Shown: one piece after another, positions 20,319-30,571 of the stretch | Layout: every line of letters starts with the position of its first letter | Numbering within the stretch: the stretch's first letter is position 1 | Source: Nitrospirae bacterium UBA2233 | GTDB lineage: Bacteria > UBA2233 | DNA: 64,000 bases | Direction of reading: 5' to 3' | NCBI GenBank assembly: GCA_002347965.1 | Contig: DDYN01000039.1 | Location: 1,797 to 65,796 of the forward strand | Made by a program: the position numbers and the translations under genes | Notes under the pieces: model-generated | Database searches by the model: none | What the model saw: only the letters and a program-made list of their open reading frames with translations | What the model was told of the DNA's origin: nothing

Positions 20319-21398
20319 CTATAGAGTTTCTGCCGTAAATACGTTTTGAATTCGAAAATCTCCCTGCACGGCCATAACGTCCCCGGCCCCTCCTTTGGCC
20401 TGTCTAATGACGTAAAGCGTCTTCCCTAAGGCATCCATGGCTATTCCGGTGGCTTCACCCCCCGGTACTTCCGCAAACTTCCTCACTTTCGCGCCGGATG
20501 GCAGCGCACAAAGAACCTTGTTGGGAGCAAGATTTGCTCCTTTTTTGCCCTCTGCAACCCAAAGGTCCATGAACGAACCCCAGAAAAGGGCGCTAGGGCC
20601 CGCAAAGTCATTCCCGTTCCCAAAGAGATGGACGGAAACCTGAAGGCTTCTAGGGTTAAGCCGAAGAATCCTTCCGAACGAGGGGTCGGCCCCTTTTTCG
20701 GCAAAGTATATGTACTCTTCTGGTCCTGAGCTTACGCCTTGGAGCGCCTGGAACGTGCTAAACCCCCTTTTTCTTGCCTCGTCTGAGGCATGGAGAGGGT
20801 CCTCAATCTTGCTCCAACGCCTATTTGCAGCATCGAGCGCAAGCAGCTCTCCTTCAAGAAACCCGGTACCTCCTTTGGGTACATACTTAAACAAGCCACC
20901 GCTCGGTCCCGCCTCTGTCAGGTAAACCGACCCGTCTGCCCCGACGGTAAGGCCGGCATGAGCAAAATTTCCCATGGATTCGATGCGTACGGGCTCTGGG
21001 CGTGCAAACTCAACACGGTACACAAACCCGCCTTCCGGCAAGTTCTGGGCAACAAAAAGGAAGCCTTCTTTGCTGTCGGCGATAGGCCCGAGCCCGGCAA
21101 CACCTGTCGGAATTACGGAGCCCTTGCGTAGCACGGGCCCATCCAACTCTAACATGCTAATCGAACCTGCCCCGTCATTATGGGCGACAGCAAGCGTGTT
21201 GGAGTTTGGCAAAAAAACTGCACCCTGTGGGTTCTCGGGAAAGACGGCCCCGCCAGGCATGCGACCCCCAGACCGGACAGCCGTACTGGCTTGAAAGCCC
21301 TTAAGCATTACCTCTTGAGGCATAACAAGGGAGGCTTGTCCCCAGAACGCAACCAGCGCGATTCCTTTTATAAGAGAGGCTTTTTTCCGAAGGTACAT
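20319..21398 (-). CDS. Secreted hypothetical protein, beta-propeller-like (possibly BPP-phytase-like or PhoX-like)
   Basis: 359 aa; N-terminal signal-like region; repeated G/F/Y-rich strand segments (GFLFVAQN, YIYFAEKG). 10 nt upstream of pstS on the same strand. Family assignment is tentative. Confidence 0.5.
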   Translation of the reverse strand: MYLRKKASLIKGIALVAFWGQASLVMPQEVMLKGFQASTAVRSGGRMPGGAVFPENPQGAVFLPNSNTLAVAHNDGAGSISMLELDGPVLRKGSVIPTGVAGLGPIADSKEGFLFVAQNLPEGGFVYRVEFARPEPVRIESMGNFAHAGLTVGADGSVYLTEAGPSGGLFKYVPKGGTGFLEGELLALDAANRRWSKIEDPLHASDEARKRGFSTFQALQGVSSGPEEYIYFAEKGADPSFGRILRLNPRSLQVSVHLFGNGNDFAGPSALFWGSFMDLWVAEGKKGANLAPNKVLCALPSGAKVRKFAEVPGGEATGIAMDALGKTLYVIRQAKGGAGDVMAVQGDFRIQNVFTAETL

Positions 21399-21420
21399 TC
21401 TTTCCCCCTTGATTTTGAAA

Positions 21421-21433
21421 TGCTATCATAGCA
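21421..21433. promoter_or_regulatory. 13-bp perfect palindrome TGCTATcATAGCA in a 54-bp divergent intergenic region
   Basis: Read directly from the sequence. It lies about 23 nt from the start of the pst-leader gene and about 20 nt from the GT9 start. Confidence 0.5.
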
Positions 21434-21452
21434 AACAAAATGTTGCAGTTTT

Positions 21453-22451
21453 ATGAAGCGCCGAAATAATCAGCCGGACAGAACCCTTTTGATTTATCAC
21501 GCTGGTGCGCTCGGCGATACGCTCCTTCTTTATCCCATACTCCGCGCATTCCTAGATGCCCAGCCCGAAGTCAAAGTCGTAGCCGTAGGAGAAGCACCGT
21601 GGAGGTTGCTCTTCAACCTAGGATGGGTAGAAAAGTTCTTTTCTTGCCACAACGGCTGGGTATCGGAGTGGTTTTCCAAGAATCCTCCTACAACACAGCA
21701 TCCGTTGGACGGCTGGCTGAACCCCCCGGTAAAAGCATGGGTGTTCCTAAAGCACCCTCCCGAAGGGCTCCTACGTTGGCTTTCTCATGTCTGTACAGAC
21801 CCGCCCGCGTGCCTACCTATTCGCCCGCCAAGGCATATAGGGGCTACAACATTTTACGCAAGAACGCTCATGGGGATCAACATTCCAAAGCCATACCTCT
21901 TAGCTCCGCGCGTAGTGATTGACGAAAAACCCAAGCCCGCTCTTTGGCCAAAGCGGCGCGTGCTCATCCATCCTGGCGCAGGAAGCCAAGCAAAAAGCCT
22001 TCCGCTTCCCTGGGTTTCCAAGCTTTACGAAGCCCTCCTAGGCCTTCATATCCAGCCATTTTTTTTGATCGGACCAGCAGAACGCGAAAGCGGGGCCAGT
22101 AAGCCGCTGGAGCACCTTGGTCCAATCGTGGCGCCGGATACTCTCGAAGCACTTTACCGTACACTCTGTGAATATGTCGCTTTTGTGGGGACAGACTCTG
22201 GACCTAGTCACATGGCTTCGCTCTTGGGCCTCTACACCTTAACATTCTTTGGGCCGAGCGATGCTAGAGCTTTTGCCCCGTCGGGACCTTTTGGGGCGGT
22301 GTTTTCGAGCGGACACGAGTGTGCTCCATGTATGCCAGAAAACGCTCTTCAAGCATGCATGGGGGAACGGCCGTGCCTTGCCGTCTACGACCATGATCTT
22401 GTCGCTAAGGTCATTCACGCATTTTTCGAAAGAGGTTGGCAATGCGTTTAA
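21453..22451 (+). CDS. Glycosyltransferase family 9 (ADP-heptose:LPS heptosyltransferase-like)
   Basis: 332 aa; LIYHAGALGDTLLLYPILRAF, HPGAGSQAKSLP and VGTDSGPSHMA are GT9 motifs. Confidence 0.75.
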   Translation: MKRRNNQPDRTLLIYHAGALGDTLLLYPILRAFLDAQPEVKVVAVGEAPWRLLFNLGWVEKFFSCHNGWVSEWFSKNPPTTQHPLDGWLNPPVKAWVFLKHPPEGLLRWLSHVCTDPPACLPIRPPRHIGATTFYARTLMGINIPKPYLLAPRVVIDEKPKPALWPKRRVLIHPGAGSQAKSLPLPWVSKLYEALLGLHIQPFFLIGPAERESGASKPLEHLGPIVAPDTLEALYRTLCEYVAFVGTDSGPSHMASLLGLYTLTFFGPSDARAFAPSGPFGAVFSSGHECAPCMPENALQACMGERPCLAVYDHDLVAKVIHAFFERGWQCV

Positions 22452-24889
22452 CGGTTGTTTTCTTTTGTGCGTTAGTGGCCGCAGGAGCCTTAAGTTCCGC
22501 CCACGCCCAATCTGGGCCTAATGCTCCTTGGGTCATTCAAGAAACGATTGTCACAAAAACATCCGTTGAAATCCGGCTTCAAACTGCTAGAATGCGCATC
22601 GAACCGCTTACAGGAGGCGTATTCCGCGTCGAGGTTGGCCGCGGGGACGGCCCGCTCGTCGTTCGGGAGAGCGCTTCCGTGATCGATACGCCCGAGGTAG
22701 GGCCAGCATCGTTTAGCGTAGAACAACAGCCAAAGGAAATTCTCGTCATCACCAAAAACGCGACCTTGGGCTTGAACGAAGAAACGGGCGCAATCCGTCT
22801 GGAAGACGCCCAAGGGTCTCCGTTTCTTTCCGGCCTTCGTTTTTGCTGGGAGGCTTCCCAAGAAGGAGGGTTGAATATCATTCTACCTGCTAACGCTCCG
22901 AAGACCTCCTTCTATGGACTCGGGGAAAAAACAGGCCCATTGGACAAGCTAGGACAACGCTACGCCATGTGGAATACGGACGCTTCCGGTTACGATGCCT
23001 CAACCGACCCCTTGTACCAGTCCCACCCGTTTTTCATCATGCTGAACGAAGAATCCAGGGCAACGGGCCTTTTCTTGGATGCTCCATCTCCGTCCAAGTT
23101 TGACTTCGCGCAAACGACCGAGGCGGACGTTCAGATCGCCACGTTAGAACAGGCGGTACGTTTTTACCTCATTCCAGGTCCTTTCATAAAAGATGTTGTA
23201 CGCCGCTACACGGCCCTTACGGGAAGAATATCCATGCCGCCCGTTTGGGCCATGGGGCACATGATCTCGAAGCTTGGTTGGAACCCCGCGAAAGAGATCC
23301 CCGAGGTTGCCGAAAGGGCACGCAAAGAGCGAATCCCTGCCGACGCGCTATGGCTCGATTTATACTACATGGACAGCTACAAGAGCTTTACCTGGAACAA
23401 CGCCACGTTTGAAAACTTTCCCGGGTTTCTAGAGGCGCTGCACTCCCAAGGCTACAGGACTGTCGGTATTATCCACCCCGCCATCAAGCTAGACCCAAGC
23501 TATCGGGTTTATCAAGAAGGGCTCCGGCGGGATGCGTTCATGCGCTACGCGGATGGCAGCGTATACTTAGGGCGCCTTTGGCCAGGAACGAGCGTGTGGC
23601 CGGATTTTACAAGGCAAGACGTCAGGGAGTGGTGGGGGTCCCTCTACGAGCCACTTCTCGAGGCAGGAATGGACGGGTTCTGGAATGACATGAACGAGCC
23701 TAGCGTCTTTGACCCCCATACGTTCGATAACGCCTGCAAGACCTTCCCTCCTGATGTCGTGTTCTACGATAACGGTCATTACAGCCCGCACGCAACGCTG
23801 CACAACGCCTACGGAATGCTGATGGCCAAAGCAAGCTACGAAGGGATTCAACGGCTCATGCCCAACAAAAGGCCCTTTTTGCTCTCGCGGGCCGGTTTTC
23901 CCGGGGTTCAACGCTACGCCGCAGCATGGACGGGGGACAACGCTTCCAGCTTTGCCTACCTCAACCTGCAAAATCCGATGCTCTTGAATATGGGGCTTTC
24001 GGGGCTTTCCTTCTCAGGGGCCGACATCGGGGGTTTTGCCGGCTCGGTGACGCCAGAATTGCTCGTACGCTGGTACGAGGCGGCAACGTTCATGCCGCTC
24101 ATGCGTGAACACGCCGATCAATTTGCGCTTCCTCAGGAGCCCTGGGCGTTCGGTGAGCCTTACACGTCTATCATACGAAAGCACATCGAGCTCCGTTACG
24201 CGCTACTGCCTTACCTCTACAGCTTGTTCTACGAGGCGCACACGACAGGGATTCCAATCCTAAGGCCGCTCGTGATGGAATACCAGGACGACCCTTCCGT
24301 CCGAAACCTCTCCAACGAGTTTCTCGTGGGAGAGCACCTGCTGGTCGCACCCATACTCGACCCGGGCGTAATCGGGAGGAGCCTGTACCTCCCAAAGGGC
24401 AGCTGGTATACCTTGGGCTCCAAAGAGGTCCGCCTGGGTGGACGATGGACCTTCGCAGATGGCCCGCTCGATAAGCTTCCCGTCTTCGTGAAAGAAGGAG
24501 CCGTTCTTTCTATGGTAGAGCCAGGGGCAAACACGATCGGGCTACTAGAAAAGCCTATCCGGCTGGACGTTTACCCGCTTCGTAAGCCCTCCTCGAGGGC
24601 GGTTTCGCGGGTCGTTCTCGACGACGGGACGAGTCGGCAAGCCAAAAGACAAATTTTCCAGTTTACCCAAAAGGCGCATACTTCCGGGTTTGTGCTGGAT
24701 ATAGAACGGTCTGGGAGTTGCCTGTACAATCACCCATCCTTCGAAGTTCGAGTGTACGGAGAGGCTCTTTCCTCCGTGATCGTGGACGGAAAGAGCTACT
24801 CCATAAGCCTCGCAGGAAATGGATGCTCGTTTTCGCTGCCCTCGGAAGCAAGTATGGTAGAGGTCGTCTACGGCTCAGATTTTAGGTAG
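22442..24889 (+). CDS. GH31 alpha-glucosidase (secreted)
   Basis: About 815 aa; signal peptide [22 protein letters not shown]; GH31 catalytic motifs ([17 protein letters not shown]). ATG at 22442 is preceded by AGAGG. Confidence 0.85.
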   Translation: MRLTVVFFCALVAAGALSSAHAQSGPNAPWVIQETIVTKTSVEIRLQTARMRIEPLTGGVFRVEVGRGDGPLVVRESASVIDTPEVGPASFSVEQQPKEILVITKNATLGLNEETGAIRLEDAQGSPFLSGLRFCWEASQEGGLNIILPANAPKTSFYGLGEKTGPLDKLGQRYAMWNTDASGYDASTDPLYQSHPFFIMLNEESRATGLFLDAPSPSKFDFAQTTEADVQIATLEQAVRFYLIPGPFIKDVVRRYTALTGRISMPPVWAMGHMISKLGWNPAKEIPEVAERARKERIPADALWLDLYYMDSYKSFTWNNATFENFPGFLEALHSQGYRTVGIIHPAIKLDPSYRVYQEGLRRDAFMRYADGSVYLGRLWPGTSVWPDFTRQDVREWWGSLYEPLLEAGMDGFWNDMNEPSVFDPHTFDNACKTFPPDVVFYDNGHYSPHATLHNAYGMLMAKASYEGIQRLMPNKRPFLLSRAGFPGVQRYAAAWTGDNASSFAYLNLQNPMLLNMGLSGLSFSGADIGGFAGSVTPELLVRWYEAATFMPLMREHADQFALPQEPWAFGEPYTSIIRKHIELRYALLPYLYSLFYEAHTTGIPILRPLVMEYQDDPSVRNLSNEFLVGEHLLVAPILDPGVIGRSLYLPKGSWYTLGSKEVRLGGRWTFADGPLDKLPVFVKEGAVLSMVEPGANTIGLLEKPIRLDVYPLRKPSSRAVSRVVLDDGTSRQAKRQIFQFTQKAHTSGFVLDIERSGSCLYNHPSFEVRVYGEALSSVIVDGKSYSISLAGNGCSFSLPSEASMVEVVYGSDFR

Positions 24890-25378
24890 CGTGATCCCTC
24901 GTTGGGACTGGTATTTGCCCGCTCTATCCTTGTAAGATTCGGCGCATGCCTCCTCGGCTTCGAAGAACACCACCTGTGCGATGCCTTCGTTGGCGTAGAT
25001 CTTGGCGGGCAGGGGAGTTGTGTTGGAGATTTCGATCGTGATGTGCCCCTCCCATTCGGGCTCGAGGGGGGTTACGTTCGTGATAATCCCACACCGAGCG
25101 TAGGTGGATTTCCCTACGCAGATCGTCATCGTGTTGCGCGGTACACGGAGATACTCGACGCTCCTCGCCAACGCAAACGAGTTGGGAGGAATCACGCATA
25201 CAGACCCTTTATAGTCTACAAAACTTTTCGGGTCAAAGCCCTTTGGGTCAACAACCGTGTTGAACACGTTCGTAAAAATCTTGAACTCGTCGGCAACCCT
25301 GACGTCGTAGCCATAAGAGGAAACGCCGTACGAAATGACCCCATCCCGCACCTGCCGCTCCTCGAAAGGCTCTATCAT
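24875..25378 (-). CDS. dcd: dCTP deaminase (short housekeeping type)
   Basis: About 167 aa from MIEPFEER; motifs SYGYDVR and [30 protein letters not shown] precedes the start. Lies 58 nt downstream of the rsbT stop on the same strand. Confidence 0.8.
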   Translation of the reverse strand: MIEPFEERQVRDGVISYGVSSYGYDVRVADEFKIFTNVFNTVVDPKGFDPKSFVDYKGSVCVIPPNSFALARSVEYLRVPRNTMTICVGKSTYARCGIITNVTPLEPEWEGHITIEISNTTPLPAKIYANEGIAQVVFFEAEEACAESYKDRAGKYQSQRGITLPKI

Positions 25379-25435
25379 GCCAGCCTCTTGAGCCATTCTT
25401 CGAATCCAGAAATCAGGCCGAACGCATGCCACGGC

Positions 25436-25840
25436 TTACTTGAGGAACTTTCGGATCGTAACGCGCGTCCCCTTGCCCGCCTCGGACCAAACGTTCATCT
25501 CGTCCACAAGTTTTTTTGTCCCGGGCATGCCCATGCCAAGCGACCCGCCGGTCGTGAACCCCTCCGACATCGCCTGTTCTATGTCCGGGATGCCGGGCCC
25601 GTTGTCTTCGCAAACAACCTCAATCCCCTTCTTTGGGCCTTCGTTTAACTTGGCGATCTCCACCTTTCCGGATTTCGCGTACACAACGATATTGCGGGCA
25701 AGCTCAGAGACCGCAGTTGCAATCCTGGATTGGTCTACCAACCCAAAACCCATCTGCTTCGCGTACGTGCGGACGCTGTTGCGTGCAGTAACGATATCCG
25801 TGTTGTTGCGAACAGCAACTTCTTCAAGCACTTGCCTCAT
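25436..25840 (-). CDS. rsbT: RsbT-like anti-sigma regulatory factor (GHKL Ser/Thr kinase)
   Basis: 134 aa; alignable along its whole length with B. subtilis RsbT (VDQSRIATAVSELARNIVVYAKSGKVEI, NGPGIPDIEQAMSEGFTTGGSLGMGMPGTKKLVDEM). Confidence 0.8.
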   Translation of the reverse strand: MRQVLEEVAVRNNTDIVTARNSVRTYAKQMGFGLVDQSRIATAVSELARNIVVYAKSGKVEIAKLNEGPKKGIEVVCEDNGPGIPDIEQAMSEGFTTGGSLGMGMPGTKKLVDEMNVWSEAGKGTRVTIRKFLK

Positions 25841-26243
25841 AACCCTCGGTCTCTTCCGCTTCCAGTGTGCGTTCTTCCCTCTCTTTGGCTTCCACCATCT
25901 CCTTGAGCATCAAAAGGCCCTTCTCAAGGTTCAGAGCGCAGCTCACGCCTGTCATTTTAAGGCCAAGCTCGACGAGCGTGATGGCCACGGCAGGCTGCAT
26001 GCCCACCACAATGGTAGGGGGACCCATCAATCTGGCCATCCTGGCGATGTCTCGGATCATCCTCCCCATGAAAGAATCGACGATGTCTACCGCCGTAATG
26101 TCGATCAACAGCCCCTTGGCCTTTGTCTTAGCAATTTCTTCTAGAATGTCTTCTTGAAGCTTCAGCGCAGACTCGTCGTCCAAGGCAACCTGTATAGTCA
26201 CGATCAAAAAGTCGGAAATCTTGAGAACAGGTATACGCTCCAT
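25824..26243 (-). CDS. rsbS: RsbS-like STAS-domain antagonist
   Basis: 139 aa from MERIPVLKISDFLIVTIQVALDD; STAS domain collinear with B. subtilis RsbS (LIDITAVDIVDSFMGRMIRD, GMQPAVAITLVELGL). Overlaps rsbT by 17 nt. Confidence 0.75.
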   Translation of the reverse strand: MERIPVLKISDFLIVTIQVALDDESALKLQEDILEEIAKTKAKGLLIDITAVDIVDSFMGRMIRDIARMARLMGPPTIVVGMQPAVAITLVELGLKMTGVSCALNLEKGLLMLKEMVEAKEREERTLEAEETEGYEASA

Positions 26244-26318
26244 CGTCTCCTCCCTGTAAGACAAAGTTATTGTAGCAGGTACGTTCCGCTTTGCAAAGAC
26301 GCATGAAGCAGCCCCACC

Positions 26319-27146
26319 TTACGAAGAACCAATCTCAACGGGGAATTTAGGTAGCTGGAATTTTCGTGTGAGGCCAAAGAAGATTTCATAATTCGGAGAA
26401 TCTCCCGTAAGCCCGGCTCGGCCAAAGAGCTCTCCTTGAACACGCCAAAACATGGGGAAGATCACCCCACCGCCAGCCTTAAGGATGTTTTTATCGTTAA
26501 AAAATGGGCCTTGCTTCAAGCCAACGATGCGAACATCGTGAAGGTCGGAATTCATCGAAAATTCCGCAAGGAGGCTGACATCCCTGGCAACAGGATAAGA
26601 TGCGGAAATTCCGACGACGACCAAATCTCTTTGGTTTGCGTTCTTCGTCGGGTCCCCCATCAGCCCAGTCCCAACGTTGAAGTCCAATTGGAATTTCCCA
26701 AAGGTTTTCGACGTAAGAAGCAGAATCTGGACATCTGTCTCGTCTGTCCCCAGCCCTTTATTGTCGGCTGCATTCGGGAGCTTCACGTTAACCCCAAGTC
26801 CAAACCGATATCCGTACAGGCGGAGGAAGGACAGCCTTGTGGCCAAGACGGCATCGCCCGAGTCCTCTTGTTCGGGGAAGAATGGATCGTGGCGTAAAAG
26901 CAAGTATTCGTAGTCCACCTGAAAATCAACGACGTCGGCAAACCCAACCCCAAGCAAGACCCTCGGAACGCGCACGTAGTGCGCACCGTCCGCGGCATCT
27001 TGAAACCCAAAACCAACCCCTGTAAGGACTTCTCCACTCTTAAGCGGGGTTGCGCTCCTAACGAGTGAGAACATCGATGCAGAGCACACACTGCTCCCCC
27101 CTAAGCACGCCAACCAGAGAAAAGACGCAACGATGAAGCGTTTCAT
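26319..27146 (-). CDS. Putative outer-membrane beta-barrel protein (signal peptide)
   Basis: About 275 aa; signal peptide MKRFIVASFLWLACLGGSSVCSA; alternating amphipathic strand pattern, Gly/aromatic-rich. Confidence 0.5.
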   Translation of the reverse strand: MKRFIVASFLWLACLGGSSVCSASMFSLVRSATPLKSGEVLTGVGFGFQDAADGAHYVRVPRVLLGVGFADVVDFQVDYEYLLLRHDPFFPEQEDSGDAVLATRLSFLRLYGYRFGLGVNVKLPNAADNKGLGTDETDVQILLLTSKTFGKFQLDFNVGTGLMGDPTKNANQRDLVVVGISASYPVARDVSLLAEFSMNSDLHDVRIVGLKQGPFFNDKNILKAGGGVIFPMFWRVQGELFGRAGLTGDSPNYEIFFGLTRKFQLPKFPVEIGSS

Positions 27147-27164
27147 CGAACAACCCCGCACGCT

Positions 27165-27884
27165 TTATTGGCATCGAGCGGTTAACCCGTGGGCGATTCC
27201 AAAAAAGAATCGCTTTCGAGCGACAAGGACAAACCCGGCGTTCTCCAAGGCCTCGTGGAATTGGCTTATTGTCAAGAAAGAGCCGACACTCCCGATAAGG
27301 TACCTGTAGGCTGCGGCATCGCCCGCCAACCAGGAACCAAGCCGAGGAACGTAACTTGGAGCAATGAACTCGTAGAAAAGGCGCTCGAACCACCCAGTGG
27401 GCTTAAAGAACTCGAGGACGATCAGCAACCCACCAGGCTTAAGAACCCTTCTGGCTTCTTTGAGGGCTGTGGACAGGTTGGGTAGGTTTCTTAGACCGAA
27501 TGCGCAAAAGCAGGCATCGAAGGCGCCGCCTCGAAACGGAAGACGAAGGGCGGAGGCTTGCAAAAAAACAACCCGCCCTTCTCGGTCCTTTTGCCTCCCG
27601 ATCGTGAGCATAGGTCGTGCGGCATCGATGCCGGTTATTCGTACGCCGGGAGACCTTCTAAGCACGGCATAGGCTTGGTCGCCAGTACCTGTGCACAAAT
27701 CGAGGATACGCGGGGCGTGCGGTAGCCTACGGACAGCCTTTGCCATTCTGGAACGCCAGACAATATCCATACCGAATGATAGAATATGGTTCAACGCATC
27801 GTAGGACGGCGCAATACGCCCGAACATGCGAGAAACCGAAGACACGCGATGCGTCGTATCGGCAGAAGATAGGGGAGGTGTCAT
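27165..27884 (-). CDS. ubiE: UbiE/MenG-family SAM-dependent quinone methyltransferase
   Basis: SAM motif ILDLCTGTGD; VSSVSRMFGRIAPSYD N-terminal block typical of UbiE/MenG. Start may instead be at 27827. Confidence 0.75.
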   Translation of the reverse strand: MTPPLSSADTTHRVSSVSRMFGRIAPSYDALNHILSFGMDIVWRSRMAKAVRRLPHAPRILDLCTGTGDQAYAVLRRSPGVRITGIDAARPMLTIGRQKDREGRVVFLQASALRLPFRGGAFDACFCAFGLRNLPNLSTALKEARRVLKPGGLLIVLEFFKPTGWFERLFYEFIAPSYVPRLGSWLAGDAAAYRYLIGSVGSFLTISQFHEALENAGFVLVARKRFFFGIAHGLTARCQ

Positions 27885-29589
27885 GAAGCTCCAACCGTGG
27901 GTTCGAATCAGCTCAAGCGCGGGTCAGGACCAGGCAACGCCGCCAGCTCCGCAGGCAAAGGGAAATCTTAAATCCCCCTTGCGAATAGTATTTACTATAT
28001 TTTTACTTGGGTGTCAAATCGCCCTTTCCGACGCACAGCCCTTGGGAAAGGCCCCTCTCGCTGGTATCTTCCTGGGCATACAAGAACAAATTCAGGTTGC
28101 AAACACCGCAGTATACATCGACCAGGCATGGAATGATCTTACACGAACGCCTAAAGACATCCCTATCGCCGTTCAGGACATCAAAATTCCCCATGATCCA
28201 GGAAAACCATGGCCCTTGTACATCTCGGGTTTAGAGGATTTGGAGAGCATTCAAACGCTCCTTTTCAGAACTCTTTCGTCGGCTGAGCTCTCTGGGGTCG
28301 AGATTCGTACGATCCCGGACGACCCGGACAATATCGAAGAGCATGGACTTTTGTTCTTGCCCTACCCCTATGTCGTACCGGGAGGGCGATTCAACGAAAT
28401 GTACGGATGGGACAGCTATTTTATCCTCCTTGGACTTCTGGCATCTGGAAGAACCGATTTGGCAAAGAGTATCGTGGAGAACTACCTTTACCAGGTTCGC
28501 CACTATCAAAAAATCCTGAACGCAAACCGGACGTACTACCTTGGCCGCTCCCACCCCCCGTTCTTGACGCGTGCCGTCCTCGAGTTGTTAGAACGCACGA
28601 AGGACACCGCGTGGCTTAAGCGAGTCCTACCCTTCCTCCTCGATCATTACAGGTTCTGGACGTGCCCCCCTCATGTGCTCGAGGCCGGTGGACTCTCCCG
28701 GTACTACGCGCTAGGCAAAGGACCTGCGCCGGAAGTCGCATGGAGCGAGGTGGATGAGCTTGGAAGGTCGCATTACGACAGGGTAAAAGACTACTATGAG
28801 GAAAATGCCGACGTGGGGTACGACAAAGAGCTCTTTTTCGACGCGGAAGCTGGAGAACTCACCGATTTGTTCTACACCGGCGACAGGAGCGTTAGGGAAT
28901 CCGGGTTTGACCCCACGGCCAGGTTTGGTGAGTTTGGCGTGGATATCGTCAACTACTTCCCTGTATGCCTCAACACGCTTTTGTATGTGATGGAAGAGGA
29001 CATTGCCAATATCTACCGTCTACTGGGCGACCCCATGGGTGCTACTCTTTTCGAAGGTCTTGCAAGGCGAAGAAAGAACACGATTAACTGCCTTCTTTGG
29101 GACGAACAAAGGGGGATGTACTTTGATTACCAATTTCGTTCACGAACAAGGCGCGTTTATCCATTCCTCACGACCTTCTATCCCCTGTGGGCCGGGATCG
29201 CATCCAATGCCCAAGCAAAGAGAATTGTCGAGAACTTACCTCGTTTTGAAACTTCATGCGGGCTTCAAGCCAGCCTAACGCCATCGGGAAACCAGTGGGA
29301 CGCCCCGTTTGGCTGGGCCCCGCTCCAGTGGATCGCCGTAAGGGGGCTTCTTCGGTATGGCTATGCGGAAGAAGCCGCTCGTATTGCCGAAAAATTTATC
29401 CGCCTCGTGACAGACGAGCATACTCGAACAGGAACGATCAGGGAGAAGTACAACGTTCAGGCGTGCAACATCGAGGTAAGCAAGGACGTTCAATTCGGCT
29501 ATCTGACGAACGAAGTCGGGTTTGGATGGACAAACGGGGTTTATCTTGGCCTCTTACCCTTGATCAAACCAACGAAGGTGTTATACTAA
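27883..29589 (+). CDS. treA: Alpha,alpha-trehalase (GH37), periplasmic or membrane-anchored
   Basis: GH37 signatures [15 protein letters not shown] and [13 protein letters not shown]; hydrophobic N-terminal anchor. Confidence 0.85.
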   Translation: MKLQPWVRISSSAGQDQATPPAPQAKGNLKSPLRIVFTIFLLGCQIALSDAQPLGKAPLAGIFLGIQEQIQVANTAVYIDQAWNDLTRTPKDIPIAVQDIKIPHDPGKPWPLYISGLEDLESIQTLLFRTLSSAELSGVEIRTIPDDPDNIEEHGLLFLPYPYVVPGGRFNEMYGWDSYFILLGLLASGRTDLAKSIVENYLYQVRHYQKILNANRTYYLGRSHPPFLTRAVLELLERTKDTAWLKRVLPFLLDHYRFWTCPPHVLEAGGLSRYYALGKGPAPEVAWSEVDELGRSHYDRVKDYYEENADVGYDKELFFDAEAGELTDLFYTGDRSVRESGFDPTARFGEFGVDIVNYFPVCLNTLLYVMEEDIANIYRLLGDPMGATLFEGLARRRKNTINCLLWDEQRGMYFDYQFRSRTRRVYPFLTTFYPLWAGIASNAQAKRIVENLPRFETSCGLQASLTPSGNQWDAPFGWAPLQWIAVRGLLRYGYAEEAARIAEKFIRLVTDEHTRTGTIREKYNVQACNIEVSKDVQFGYLTNEVGFGWTNGVYLGLLPLIKPTKVLY

Positions 29590-29645
29590 CAAAGACAAGA
29601 GGTCTTCTTGTGCATAACATAAATACCGAGGAGAGTTACCCAAGA

Positions 29646-29966
29646 ATGCCTATCTACGAGTACGAATGCACGCATTGCGGCCAGCCCTTGGAGGCCTTCC
29701 AGAAAGCAGGCGAGGACCCTTTGCGGACCTGCCCTCACTGCAAAGGGGCCCTTCGGAAGCGTATTTCGCTGAGCAGCTTCGTGCTCAAGGGGACAGGCTG
29801 GTATAAAACGGACTACGCAAGCGCTCCCTCTAGCAGCCCCCAGCCTACCCCTCAGCCCGAACATAAGCCAACCGCGCAAAATGGCGGACAAAATGGCGAA
29901 AAGGATAAAACGAACCCTAAGCCGGTCGTGCCAGAAAACAATAAAACGACAAACGGCTCAAGCTAA
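29646..29966 (+). CDS. FmdB-family zinc-ribbon protein with low-complexity tail
   Basis: [12 protein letters not shown]...CPHCKG CxxC-CxxC ribbon, then a Pro/Gln/Asn/Lys-rich tail. RBS GAGGAGAG. Confidence 0.7.
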   Translation: MPIYEYECTHCGQPLEAFQKAGEDPLRTCPHCKGALRKRISLSSFVLKGTGWYKTDYASAPSSSPQPTPQPEHKPTAQNGGQNGEKDKTNPKPVVPENNKTTNGSS

Positions 29967-30571
29967 TGGAGTTTTCTGTACTCCTCAGGAGTGTTCACGT
30001 TCGTCAGGCTCTCTGAAAGTTCCCGGGGGACATCGAGTTTGATGGTGGGGTGGGCACGAAAAAGAGCGCCCAAGGAAGGCGTCCGTTTTTTTTGAAGCTC
30101 TCGATCGATAACATCCAGAAACCGCCTACGGTAGAACGCGCATAGGGGCTCAAGCCTTCCTTGGATACTTGGGACGATTCCAAGGTGGTGACTGGAGGCT
30201 GAAGAAATGTGGCGATCCAGAAGGCTGACGATGGGAAGTTTAATCAAGGGCATGTCTACGGCGCACACAAACAGCCACTCGTGCTGGGCTGCTCTCAAGC
30301 CGCTAGCAACCCCAACGGCAGCCCCTTGAAGCGGATACCCATCTTGAACAAAAGGGATACCTAGATCCCCGTAAAGATCATTATTCTTCCCCACGAGGAA
30401 AAGTTCATGGAAGGTATCCTTAAGGAGGGCAATCAGACTCAGGACAAAAGGCATACCTTGAAAAGATAGGTACGCCTTATTTTGCCCCATACGCCGACTT
30501 TCCCCGCCGACAAGGATGCAGGCGGAGCGATGAACATCAGTCGAGGGTATCTTGGCGCAGGAAATGCCCAC
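29963..30571 (-). CDS. mobA: Molybdenum cofactor guanylyltransferase MobA
   Basis: [19 protein letters not shown] matches the MobA N-terminal motif. No in-frame ATG lies after the moaC stop; likely GTG start at 30571 overlapping the moaC 3' end. Start is uncertain. Confidence 0.65.
   Translation of the reverse strand: MGISCAKIPSTDVHRSACILVGGESRRMGQNKAYLSFQGMPFVLSLIALLKDTFHELFLVGKNNDLYGDLGIPFVQDGYPLQGAAVGVASGLRAAQHEWLFVCAVDMPLIKLPIVSLLDRHISSASSHHLGIVPSIQGRLEPLCAFYRRRFLDVIDRELQKKRTPSLGALFRAHPTIKLDVPRELSESLTNVNTPEEYRKLH

Noticed and set aside
24875-25432. Dcd as an anti-phage dNTP-depletion effector
   Set aside because: It is the short housekeeping form of about 167-185 aa with no kinase or extra domain; the defensive dCTP deaminases I know of are larger fusions. 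The only unusual point is the upstream RsbS/T pair.
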